Shown here in pieces: positions 30,379-40,013 of a DNA stretch of 64,000 nt. The stretch is from Nitrosopumilus sp. (lineage in GTDB: Archaea; Thermoproteota; Nitrososphaeria; Nitrososphaerales; Nitrosopumilaceae). Within the stretch, counting starts at the first letter, position 1; each line of letters starts with the position of its first letter. A program made the position numbers and the translations under genes. The DNA lies in NCBI GenBank assembly GCA_965206745.1, contig OZ242220.1, positions 1,664,001-1,728,000 on the forward strand. The letters run 5' to 3'. Under the pieces are notes generated by a model. That model was not told the DNA's origin. It was given only the letters and a program-made list of their open reading frames with translations, and did not search any database.

Positions 30379-31860
30379 ATGACTAATCTAGTATTTTTTG
30401 GAGCTGGCGCATCAAGACCATTTGGAATCCCAACAATGCAAGCAATGGTAATTGAATTTGAAAAAACGTTAAAAGATGATCATCCGGACCTGTTTCAATT
30501 TTATTCCAAGATAAAAGAGACATTGATTCAAGAATATGGAGAATCAAAAATAGATATTGAATCAATGCTATCTGTAATTAATGGAATTGCTGCAAATACA
30601 AAGCCTACTGAACTAGGCCATTTTGTATTTTATTACTTGGCTGATAATTGCTCTCGTAAGGAATTTCCTTCTGATGAGATAGAACTTGGAAAAAAATTAC
30701 AAACACAGTTACAGGATTTTATAAAAAAAGCATGTAAAATAAATCGAGATGATATTGATAAGATATATCGTAGATCATATTTGCCTTTGTTTGAACACAT
30801 GGGTCCAAGCAAAAAGAATTATGGTGAAGAAGAATTATCATATGATTGGAAAGCCTATACAACAAACTATGATAATATTTTTGAAGGTTTTTGGAACCAG
30901 TATGACTCACCAAATGATCATTTTGAAAAAATTGATGCTTCTGATAATCATTATTTCAATATTAAACCATTAGGAACAGTGCATACTTTTTGCAAATTAC
31001 ACGGATCATTGGATTGGACAAAGGAAGTGAATACACACATAATAATACGAAAAACACATTCAGGGTTTGAACGTATTAAAACAAAAGGTGAAATAATGTT
31101 GTTTCCAATACAACAAAAGGATCTTTACTTGCATCCTTGGTTTACTCTGTTTCAAGACTTGAAATTAGGATTATCACAAAAAATAATATGGTATGTAATA
31201 GGATATGCATTTAATGATGAATTTATTAGAAATGCATTCCAAGAATCACTTGTAGATAATTCTAATAAAAAATTAGTTATAATTAATCCAAAGGCAGAAC
31301 AGATTAAGAATAAATTTCAGGATTCCATCAAAAAACAAATTGACGTATTGCCTATAAAATTTGGCGATAGATTGTTTGAACTACAATTTGAAGATTATGT
31401 CAAAAAAACAAAAACAATAGTCTTAAGATTTTCTAATGAAAATAATCCCGTAGAAATCTATGATATAGCAATAAAAAGCAATCACAATATACAATCATAC
31501 GAGATTCTCAATGATGGTGTGGATGTTTTAGATTCAAATGGAAATATTAATGCTAAATATATGTCTAATACAAATAAAAAATCTATGTATTTTGAAATAC
31601 GAAATCCAAAAGTTGCAAAGATAAAATTAGAATTAAAAATTGATCACATGTATGATGATGAGATTGAATTGTATATTTCAAATAATACTAAAGAGTTGAA
31701 TATGGATATAGATTATGGAGGAATAAGGATTGCAAGTTCTAATGATATAGTACAGGATTATGTGATGGTAGGAGGTACAAAAGGGCGGAAGAATACAATA
31801 TGGATGAAATATCCAATAATATTGGATAAAACAAAATTTTTTGGAAATATTGAAGTGTGA
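30379..31860 (+). CDS. SIR2-like domain defence protein
   Basis: FFGAGAS..FGIP, TTNYD, KLHGSLDW, IGYAFND; unknown beta-rich C-terminus. Confidence 0.85.
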   Translation: MTNLVFFGAGASRPFGIPTMQAMVIEFEKTLKDDHPDLFQFYSKIKETLIQEYGESKIDIESMLSVINGIAANTKPTELGHFVFYYLADNCSRKEFPSDEIELGKKLQTQLQDFIKKACKINRDDIDKIYRRSYLPLFEHMGPSKKNYGEEELSYDWKAYTTNYDNIFEGFWNQYDSPNDHFEKIDASDNHYFNIKPLGTVHTFCKLHGSLDWTKEVNTHIIIRKTHSGFERIKTKGEIMLFPIQQKDLYLHPWFTLFQDLKLGLSQKIIWYVIGYAFNDEFIRNAFQESLVDNSNKKLVIINPKAEQIKNKFQDSIKKQIDVLPIKFGDRLFELQFEDYVKKTKTIVLRFSNENNPVEIYDIAIKSNHNIQSYEILNDGVDVLDSNGNINAKYMSNTNKKSMYFEIRNPKVAKIKLELKIDHMYDDEIELYISNNTKELNMDIDYGGIRIASSNDIVQDYVMVGGTKGRKNTIWMKYPIILDKTKFFGNIEV

Positions 31861-31873
31861 TTTTTGAGAATAA

Positions 31874-32641
31874 TTATCCACTCTTGTTATTACCAGAGAT
31901 GTATCGGTCTAATTTACTAGAGACATCATCTAGTTTATCAGATACATCTATGATTTTCTTCGTAATTTCTTGAAATGTAAAATCAAAGAACAGTATTTCA
32001 TTTTCCATACCATGATGAGGAGAAACTATATCTCCTGGTTTTATGGATGATTCAGTTATTTCAGAAATATCATCAAATTTGATAAATTCAGATTGCCATT
32101 TTGTAACAAAGTTCTTGTCTACATCATCTTCAAATAATTCGATAATTCTTTTTGCATAAAATCGATGATCCATCAATGATTTAGTATTATAATATACATG
32201 CAAATATTTATGTACATTTTCACTAATGCATGCTAATGCGCTTAAATTATACTTTTGAATTACAATGTATTGTTCTACTGATAAATTTTTAATATCTTTT
32301 TGTAGCATCTGAATTCTATACATAGGATTCTTTATAGTTTTTTTAAGACTCAAGATCCTTTTATAGTCATATTTTGAAAATTTCAAAGAAGCAGAAACAT
32401 TTGGATCAAAATCAGGATGCATTTCTAACAGTTCATAAATTTGGACTTTTATAGCATCAACTGTACGCAGATAATCAAAGACAACTTTATTCGTATATTT
32501 CAAATTTTTTTCAAATATTTTTTCTATTTTTGGTTTGAGAGGATATGTGACTATCAATATAGTAAAAAGAGAAATAACAATAGTGTATCCGATAGAAAAA
32601 ATTGTATCACCATGTGTAATAATAAAGGGTGGTTCCATCAC
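31874..32641 (-). CDS. Membrane-anchored hypothetical protein
   Basis: N-terminal TM segment, C-terminal short coiled coil. Confidence 0.6.
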   Translation of the reverse strand: MMEPPFIITHGDTIFSIGYTIVISLFTILIVTYPLKPKIEKIFEKNLKYTNKVVFDYLRTVDAIKVQIYELLEMHPDFDPNVSASLKFSKYDYKRILSLKKTIKNPMYRIQMLQKDIKNLSVEQYIVIQKYNLSALACISENVHKYLHVYYNTKSLMDHRFYAKRIIELFEDDVDKNFVTKWQSEFIKFDDISEITESSIKPGDIVSPHHGMENEILFFDFTFQEITKKIIDVSDKLDDVSSKLDRYISGNNKSG

Positions 32642-32866
32642 AACATTACATTTACTGTCTTTTTTAGAGTTTGCAGCGAAAATAAAGCACTTGGTGCAAA
32701 TACAGTACTAAAAACAGATTCAATCAAACCAACAACAAATCATAGATGATTAGTTTTTTGTCAGACTAGTTTATGCATGATAAAATTCTAAAACACATTA
32801 AAAGATACAGTAAAAATGCCTGAGCATCCTTTGGTCTGTCTCCCCAAGTCAGGCAGTTTTACACCA

Positions 32867-33940
32867 TCAAATGACACCATACAGCCTCAATTTTTCCTGC
32901 ATACTAGTAGCATCAGCCTTTATCCCCTCTACCCCCATGGATTCAAGCAGCCTTACCGGCCCATCAATAGTCTTTTTTCCATGTGGAATCAAATCCCTCA
33001 ACGCATACAGTATGCCAAGCATTTTACCACCAAACCCGTATTTCCGTGCAAGAAACAGCAGCAGATCATAGTGTATTTCAGGATTCTTTGCAATGATTAC
33101 AGAAATTGCATCAATCCTTCTTGCGTCACCATGGAACATTATTGATGATATCACATGCTCCATACAAAACAGTCTTCCCTGTACAACTATAGATCCAAAC
33201 TCGGTATATCCAAACCTGGCAAGATTAAACACGATATCCTTTTCAGGTATCTTGGCAGGGCTGGTCTCCTGTGGAATGGCAGATATCCCGACTCTGTTGC
33301 TGTTCATATCTCTTACCTCCAGCCAAAAGTCCTGGGGGTGCATTACTGCAATTTTGTCATGTAACATCTCCCTGACTGTATTGCACTGGCCTGACTTTAG
33401 CAGGTCAAGGAATGCCCCATTCTCCAGTGTGAGATGGTCCACCCTTGTGTTGTGGTTCTGCTGCAGGGTTTCAGCTATTGCATGAATTTGGATCTTTGTC
33501 CTCTCTACTGCCTTTTCATCATTAGATGCCTTTAATTGAATCAGCATCTCTATCTTGTTTAGCTTTCTGTTCTTTTCGGGATACATCAGCAGTACATAAG
33601 ATATCAGGGGGACATTACGCAGACGCATGCCGGTATCCAGCATGAGCATCTGCATCTTTTGTCTGCCTTTCAGAAAATCATGCTTGCGCCTGAGTTCCAT
33701 CTCTGCAAGAATATCAGTTATTGTATAGTTGTCAAAGTTGAGTGCCACCAGAGATGACCTGCCAGCCTTGGTCAGCGTTAGAACCTTTTCCCCGTCAAGC
33801 TCCTTGATCTTTTCATGTGTGTTGGAATAATGGGTTTTGCCGTATATCCCATCAATGTTCTTTGTAATCTCATTAATCGACATGGGTATGCCCAGTCTTC
33901 GTGAGAGTATGTCCAGTATTCGATACGTTGCCTCATCCAT
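32867..33940 (-). CDS. wHTH protein with a degenerate nucleotidyltransferase-like region (antitoxin/regulator-like)
   Basis: MSINEITK...HYSNTHEKIKEL...KAGRSSLV.LN wHTH. The middle region resembles the MNT fold but lacks the GS/DxD catalytic residues. Confidence 0.55.
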   Translation of the reverse strand: MDEATYRILDILSRRLGIPMSINEITKNIDGIYGKTHYSNTHEKIKELDGEKVLTLTKAGRSSLVALNFDNYTITDILAEMELRRKHDFLKGRQKMQMLMLDTGMRLRNVPLISYVLLMYPEKNRKLNKIEMLIQLKASNDEKAVERTKIQIHAIAETLQQNHNTRVDHLTLENGAFLDLLKSGQCNTVREMLHDKIAVMHPQDFWLEVRDMNSNRVGISAIPQETSPAKIPEKDIVFNLARFGYTEFGSIVVQGRLFCMEHVISSIMFHGDARRIDAISVIIAKNPEIHYDLLLFLARKYGFGGKMLGILYALRDLIPHGKKTIDGPVRLLESMGVEGIKADATSMQEKLRLYGVI

Positions 33941-34095
33941 GATATTTGATAGTATAGTAATTTGCTATAATATTATAGTTTTTGAGTATATACTGTGCCA
34001 GAATCATAGATGAGGTCATGGCAATAAACTAGCAGGTACTCTCATGCAAACCATATTACGCGATACTTAAGTGCAATTGGCTACTGAATCGGGTA

Positions 34096-35124
34096 TTGGC
34101 ATATGTCGTGCTTGTGCTACTGGCAGTATTGGCAGCTGGAGTTTTGGCGCCTGCATTTGCAGAATATATATCTCCTGCCAAACAGGTGCGTGATGGCATA
34201 CCATTAAACCAAATTCAATGTAATAATCAAAGAATTCTTCTCGAATCGCCTGCTGGCAGACCTGCATGCGTGTTTGTCGGTACTGTTGAAAAGCTATCTC
34301 AACGCGGATGGAATGTTGTTTTTTTTCTAAAACCTGCAACTGACACGCCAACTGACATAAAATCAATTTACAAAGAATTGCCATCATTGGTAGAAATGCT
34401 AGCAACAGATAAAAAAACAATACCGTTACAAAAAATACGCGATGAGCTGCTAATGCTTTCAGAATTGACAGAGAATTCAGGATTAGATGAGAGTATAGCT
34501 GGAACAGACTATGAAAATATAATGGCCACAGGTAATACCCACATAAAAAGTGAACTGAGTCTATGCAATAAACCCCTAACTAATCATAATAATGCTACAT
34601 TATTATCTTGCACTTACATTTTAGCTTTTGTAAGAAATGTAGAATTTAATCATTTATACGAAGTGATGAGTGAAAAATATGAGGCTGATCCAACATATGT
34701 TGATAATGCAAGCAACTATACACTTGACATTCGGGATTATACAAGTGTCCGTGATCCATCATACATTTATGAAACAGGCAATTATACAGATCCACGGGCT
34801 ATAGAAAGACTACATAATTATTCTGATAGCATTAAACGATTCGACAAATATGCAAAATTTTACTTGAAATATAACGATCTAATGAAGGATATCAATAATA
34901 GAGTACGGGGATGGGAAGCGGAAACAAAATCCAAGGTTGTTGAAACATTTTATGATAAAGCCGAGGAAGTAAAGGATTTAACAGTGAGAACAGGACTTAA
35001 AAATGCAATAAAAAGTTGTGATATACACAATTGGTTATATGTCTATGACAAACAAACGCTAAAATTTTCAGAACTGCTCACGTGTCTTAGGGATGCAAAT
35101 GAGAAATACGGTAATAGTGAATAA
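34096..35124 (+). CDS. Secreted protein with thaumarchaeal SPxKQ...C...CV...KL..RGW module
   Basis: Signal peptide …APAFA; SPAKQVRDGIPLNQIQC…PACV…EKLSQRGW. Confidence 0.8.
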   Translation: MAYVVLVLLAVLAAGVLAPAFAEYISPAKQVRDGIPLNQIQCNNQRILLESPAGRPACVFVGTVEKLSQRGWNVVFFLKPATDTPTDIKSIYKELPSLVEMLATDKKTIPLQKIRDELLMLSELTENSGLDESIAGTDYENIMATGNTHIKSELSLCNKPLTNHNNATLLSCTYILAFVRNVEFNHLYEVMSEKYEADPTYVDNASNYTLDIRDYTSVRDPSYIYETGNYTDPRAIERLHNYSDSIKRFDKYAKFYLKYNDLMKDINNRVRGWEAETKSKVVETFYDKAEEVKDLTVRTGLKNAIKSCDIHNWLYVYDKQTLKFSELLTCLRDANEKYGNSE

Positions 35125-35231
35125 TCAAAAATAGTGGGAAACCAGATTATAGTGGGATTATCCTACGACATGCCTTGAATCATGAGAGAATTACGAAAAG
35201 CTTAAAGCAGTTTATGAGAAAATGAAATCTG

Positions 35232-35411
35232 ATGGCAGAATCCCTTGATGACAGGCCCCCTCTGGAACCGCCTATAATTTACTATGACGAGGAGTTCCAC
35301 CCTGTCGAAAAACGTGAGGATGCAGCCTGGGAGAGAAAACTTGTCAGAGATGAGGAAGACGGCGAATTGGCCTTTGAGACTCTGCGAATCGATATGGAAT
35401 TTAACGAATAA
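35232..35411 (+). CDS. 59-aa acidic protein within a ~220-bp direct repeat (copy 1)
   Basis: MAESLDDRPPLEPPIIYYDEEFHPVEKREDAAWERKLVRDEEDGELAFETLRIDMEFNE; frame conserved in copy 2. Confidence 0.65.
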   Translation: MAESLDDRPPLEPPIIYYDEEFHPVEKREDAAWERKLVRDEEDGELAFETLRIDMEFNE

Positions 35412-35586
35412 TTCTCCAAACACAACAAGATACTTCCAAAAACCTCACATTTTACTTCTTTATAGATACCACACAGTAAGAATCTCAAATGGATAATCCT
35501 ACCAAAGAAGACTACATGGAGATGGAGAAACAAAAGAATGCCATGGAGCATTGAAAATCTCAATAAAGAATGGATGTTATTTTTTA

Positions 35587-37269
35587 TCACCGTGATATCA
35601 ACAGTGCAGGATCAGACGGAGGGCATGTCTCATCAGCTAATTTGTAATTACGGGTTTTCTTCATGCATACTATTTCATCATCCACTGGTTCAGGCGAGTT
35701 CCAGAGGTAGTTGCCTCCCAAAGGATGTATGGTAAGCTCTTTGAGATATTTTATTGGAGAGTGTACGGTCTGGTTGTAATATAAGGCATAGTCTTTATCC
35801 CTGTACGAGAATCCAGGCGTCGTCTCAAGAACATGGACGTCATCGATGTGTGGCAGTCCCAAGAGGGCTGCCCTGAATGCATCGTGCGGGTCTGCAGTGT
35901 CTGGCACATACTGCAATCCATAGTATGCCAAAACTTTGGCAAACTCTTTGCGTTTTTGCTCAGATAGTTCGGGTGTCTTTTGTGCCCATTTTCTGTCCAT
36001 GAGGGTCTGTGCAGTGTCTGGCATCACACATGCGCCGTGCGGATCCTCAGAAGACTTTGCAACCAGGACCATCGGTGCGCGACACCATCCCACTTCAGGG
36101 TAATTTTTCGTATACGTGTATTGGTTATTCATCTTTAGAGGTATCTCTATCTCAAGTGTCGCATTACGATATGTCACCAGTCCCTTGGCATCAGGTTCAT
36201 CGTATCGTAGATGGTACTCATAGTCAGGTTCTGGAATCTGCCCATACTCCTTGAGATAGTCCTGATCGTACATCTCATGGTACCACTCTGATGCCTCCTC
36301 CAGTATCTCATCATGGCTCAGCTCAGGCCACCCGTGTTCTGTCATGTTTACCATAACTGAAAGGCAGGCATGCGGCAGACGCAAACAGGGAATCGGAGTG
36401 ACTTTGCCGTTGACTAGTATGCCCCCATCATATTTTTGTGCATCAGGCTCAAAAAAGTTAGGTGTATCAGGCTCAAAAAAAGTAGGTGTATCATGAACTT
36501 TCAGGTTTATAGATGGACTGTATATGCCCTCTACCCTGAGATTTAATGTCAAATCATGTGGCCTATAGTCAGGCACTACAACCATCGCACCATATGTACT
36601 AATGTCAAATCCTCGATATCCCTGGTCAGTCAGAATTGTGATTCGTCCGCGCCAATCGTCAGGATAAGATCCCATAGATTCAAAAGGATTTGATGAAAAA
36701 GGATCGGTGTTATAATAGCTAGAAAAATGTATAAATCTCGTGAATGGATCCCAAAATTTTCCATTTGCTGCTTGATCACGTGTTCTATAATCTTCTCCTG
36801 CTATAATGTAATCCCTGTCTGCATACTTGCATGTACTAGTCCAATGTGGCACCTGATCCCCGTGCATTATCAGGGTCTCACCTACTCCCTGACTGACTAA
36901 AAGTTGGGCATCTCCGTACCGATAAACAGATGTGCCATTTACATCCAGGGATTTATTAGGATCTGCAAGTTCATATACAAATTGATCATATTCTGAATCT
37001 ACCATTGGTCGAACTATGTCGTGACATCCGTATCCACTTGCAAATCCGTCAAACCTGTCGGGCATCTCAAAGCCTGCAACACGGGGGCGATCTATTACCC
37101 ACAACGGCAGTTCAGCATGTACTGCAGGCACAAATGCCAATATCAGCAACATGCAAAGTATTAGATGCATCAATTTACCATTCCTTGTCCATCTGAGCCA
37201 TGATGCTCGGAGAATATGCAGATACGAATAAGGCAGATACAACAAACAAAATGGCAATTTTGGGGCCAC
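35587..37269 (-). CDS. Secreted protein, paralog of 24514..26163 (true start probably MHLILCML)
   Basis: Paralogy; internal 24-bp duplication DTPTFFEP/DTPNFFEP. Confidence 0.85.
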   Translation of the reverse strand: MAPKLPFCLLYLPYSYLHILRASWLRWTRNGKLMHLILCMLLILAFVPAVHAELPLWVIDRPRVAGFEMPDRFDGFASGYGCHDIVRPMVDSEYDQFVYELADPNKSLDVNGTSVYRYGDAQLLVSQGVGETLIMHGDQVPHWTSTCKYADRDYIIAGEDYRTRDQAANGKFWDPFTRFIHFSSYYNTDPFSSNPFESMGSYPDDWRGRITILTDQGYRGFDISTYGAMVVVPDYRPHDLTLNLRVEGIYSPSINLKVHDTPTFFEPDTPNFFEPDAQKYDGGILVNGKVTPIPCLRLPHACLSVMVNMTEHGWPELSHDEILEEASEWYHEMYDQDYLKEYGQIPEPDYEYHLRYDEPDAKGLVTYRNATLEIEIPLKMNNQYTYTKNYPEVGWCRAPMVLVAKSSEDPHGACVMPDTAQTLMDRKWAQKTPELSEQKRKEFAKVLAYYGLQYVPDTADPHDAFRAALLGLPHIDDVHVLETTPGFSYRDKDYALYYNQTVHSPIKYLKELTIHPLGGNYLWNSPEPVDDEIVCMKKTRNYKLADETCPPSDPALLISR

Positions 37270-37317
37270 GCATCAGTGTGGTTCATCACAAACTAGTATT
37301 TATGCTAGAATGAAAGA

Positions 37318-37455
37318 TGCACCGTTTAATTGAATGGAGGTTTCACTCCTCTGCAAAGTCAGAGTGGTTTGAGTACACTCTACATGTGGGATGACTAGAG
37401 TATACAGTGACAAGTTGAAAACCTCGCCTATTATACGGGTGAGTGAAAATACCAC
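37318..37455 (-). repeat. Family E element, inverted; its terminal ~31 bp also occurs at 41859..41889, 45722..45752, 47347..47370 and 49674..49704
   Basis: Reverse complement ends gagtgaaacctccattcaattaaacggtgca. Confidence 0.75.
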
Positions 37456-37507
37456 TTGACTTAGCAGTGCAATTGATGGTTTATTTGGATTATTGAAACC
37501 TGAGAAT

Positions 37508-38194
37508 CTATGACTTGGGTAGTTTTTTCTTGGAATCTATATCTTTTGTAACAGAACGTTTTTGCGGTGGAATAGACCATTTCCAATATCTGTATAATAA
37601 CAACAAAGAAATAGTTAATATCAAAATAGATCCATAGATTACCTGATCATTAATTATTCCAATCTGATTTTGTAATAACGAATCAAATATTACAGGTACA
37701 GCTACAAAGAAAGCTAGCCAAAATAGTATCGTTTTAGTTAAACTCCTTCCCAACGCAATATTGAATTTGTAATTGTTTTCTTTTCTATAATGTTCTTTTA
37801 GCTTGATAACATCCCATATCATAAACAATGTAAATAACGCGATTATCCAATTTAAGAAATGATCTCTAAATCCATTTTCAAGGTCCACTGAAGATATTAA
37901 TCCGAAATAACAAAATAAAATTGCAAGATCTAGTGAGAATCGTAACGCCCCAAACCTTGTATTTGTATGTGGCCATTTTATCATAGAGCGTGAATATCCC
38001 ACCCATCCTGAAATTATAGCAACGTATGCAAGAAAAAGTTCAAGACTAGGAATTATCGAACTAGTATCTGCTAGAAATCCACTTTCTGGATTTATAAATA
38101 TCTGCTTGGCAGAATCGTACGAATTTGTAATTATTATAGCAAATATAAAATGACATATATATGAAAAAATATCTGCAGGCTTCTTAGGGATCAA
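37508..38194 (-). CDS. Multi-pass membrane protein
   Basis: About six hydrophobic segments. Confidence 0.7.
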   Translation of the reverse strand: MIPKKPADIFSYICHFIFAIIITNSYDSAKQIFINPESGFLADTSSIIPSLELFLAYVAIISGWVGYSRSMIKWPHTNTRFGALRFSLDLAILFCYFGLISSVDLENGFRDHFLNWIIALFTLFMIWDVIKLKEHYRKENNYKFNIALGRSLTKTILFWLAFFVAVPVIFDSLLQNQIGIINDQVIYGSILILTISLLLLYRYWKWSIPPQKRSVTKDIDSKKKLPKS

Positions 38195-38284
38195 GTACGA
38201 TTTACAATCATGAAAAGGCTATTAATGTATAGTTGAAACTAAAAAAAAGTAATGTATTTAGCATATGACTAACTATTGTGAAAC

Positions 38285-38494
38285 ATGTCTATGTTTACGA
38301 TTTTAAAAAATCTCAAAAATTATGAATTTGTATGTAAAAGAAGAAATCATCATGAACCATACCATGAAGATGAATCAGACTTTTTGTCTAATTCAAAATT
38401 CCCCAAGATTACTTATTGTGTTGATTGTGGTTTTGCTTTGGAATTAAAACTAGATGAGGATGACCCTGAATCTTATTGGATTCAAGAAGTATAA
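38285..38494 (+). CDS. Small Zn-ribbon-like protein
   Basis: FVC..H...YCVDCG; AT-rich TATA-like sequence upstream. Confidence 0.55.
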   Translation: MSMFTILKNLKNYEFVCKRRNHHEPYHEDESDFLSNSKFPKITYCVDCGFALELKLDEDDPESYWIQEV

Positions 38495-39109
38495 TTACAA
38501 TTTTTTTTAGTATGAGGTTTCACCTATTCTCACAATTTTATCAACAAGCGTCATGATCCATCAACCATGACTATACAGTCATCAAGTGCAGTCGACCTGC
38601 AAACAGGGAATCTTGGGATTGCCGTGCAACAATCCAACGATATGACAATCCGACAAAAGAGCCAAATGGACAAGTATACTGCAATGATTACACAATTACA
38701 AGGAACAAACAACATGCCAAGTTAAATTGTTACAAAAATCTAGCTTTATGACCTGAGCATCTACACATGGAGGACACACAGGAAAAGCATCGCAGATGAG
38801 GTTACGGGGATGATTTGGCAGGTGGCCTCATACATAATTTAGGGTATCATTTTTAAACAGGATTTGGACAATCAGAAACATGGCAGCCAAAAAAATAGCA
38901 ACCAAAAAAATAACAATGAGGTTGGAGGAGATTGAAGATTTTACCGCAAAAGAAGCTTTTGAGGAATGGAAAAGTCTCGGCACAAAGAAACGATCCTGAT
39001 CTGTTTTTTCTCTAGTCACCGATTAATGTTTAAGAGTACAATATCTAATAAAATATCTATCTGATTCTCTGGAATAATCTTTAAATAAAATAGATCATTC
39101 CACACTTCA

Positions 39110-39862
39110 TTGAAGAGATCCATCCTGTACATTGCAGTCTCACTGGCAGTAATTATCGGTGCAGGCGCATGGGTAATAATGTCACAAAACCCTGAATCTC
39201 CGGCTGAAATCTACATCGAGGAGAACGCTCTGGTCTATCACGGCGATATCAACGAGTCAAGCTATGAGAAGCTAAAGATGATGATGGATGAGAATCCGGG
39301 CATCGAAACCCTTGAGATAAGGTCACTTGGCGGGGACACCATAGCGGGCAAAAAGATTGCAAGGATGATATTTGAAGAAAAGCTCAACGTGGCAGTTGAT
39401 ACCATCTGTTTCTCATCGTGTGCCAACTACATATTTCCAAGCGGGGCACAGAAATTCATCCTAGAGGACGGCATTGTCGGCTGGCACGGCTCGGAACTAC
39501 AGTTTGAAGTCCTCGCAGAGATAATGGACAAGCCTGCCAGGGAGATCGTAAAGGAGATGGTACTCGAAGAGTCCCAGAGCAATCCTCTGTACCCTACCCC
39601 CACTGAGGAGGAGATAGAGGAGATATACCAGACGCTCGTAAAGGACCAGGAGGACGAGATAAGATTCTTTGAGATGATCAATGTGGATATAGATGTGACA
39701 CTAAACGGGCTGCGCCATATAGTTGAGAATGAGGAATGCATTGGGTGGGCCCACTCCATAGAGGACATGAACATGTACGGGATTAACGACGTGTTTTATC
39801 TCTCAGAGGAGTCATACCCTGACGAGTCAGCACTGTCCGAATACGGCATCTGCCTGATTTGA
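39110..39862 (+). CDS. Membrane-anchored ClpP/crotonase-like protein (COG3904-like putative peptidase)
   Basis: N-terminal TM; IRSLGG, CFSSCANYIF, VGWHG. Confidence 0.65.
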   Translation: MKRSILYIAVSLAVIIGAGAWVIMSQNPESPAEIYIEENALVYHGDINESSYEKLKMMMDENPGIETLEIRSLGGDTIAGKKIARMIFEEKLNVAVDTICFSSCANYIFPSGAQKFILEDGIVGWHGSELQFEVLAEIMDKPAREIVKEMVLEESQSNPLYPTPTEEEIEEIYQTLVKDQEDEIRFFEMINVDIDVTLNGLRHIVENEECIGWAHSIEDMNMYGINDVFYLSEESYPDESALSEYGICLI

Positions 39863-40013
39863 GCGTGAAATTTTACACGGTCCGGTTCCAAATATGGATG
39901 GCTTGGAAAAAGTTTCCATCTTGTACTGTACCCTAAAAGCAATGCACAGTTCAACTGAATCAAGGTTTCACTGGTGAATATTCTCCACATGCGGGATGAA
40001 TAACAGTACCGAC

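Noticed and set aside
35202-35496. ORFs 35202..35423(-) and 35284..35496(+), and their counterparts near 49720-50068
   Set aside because: The 59-aa + strand ORF is the frame with matching start and stop in both repeat copies; the others are shadows.
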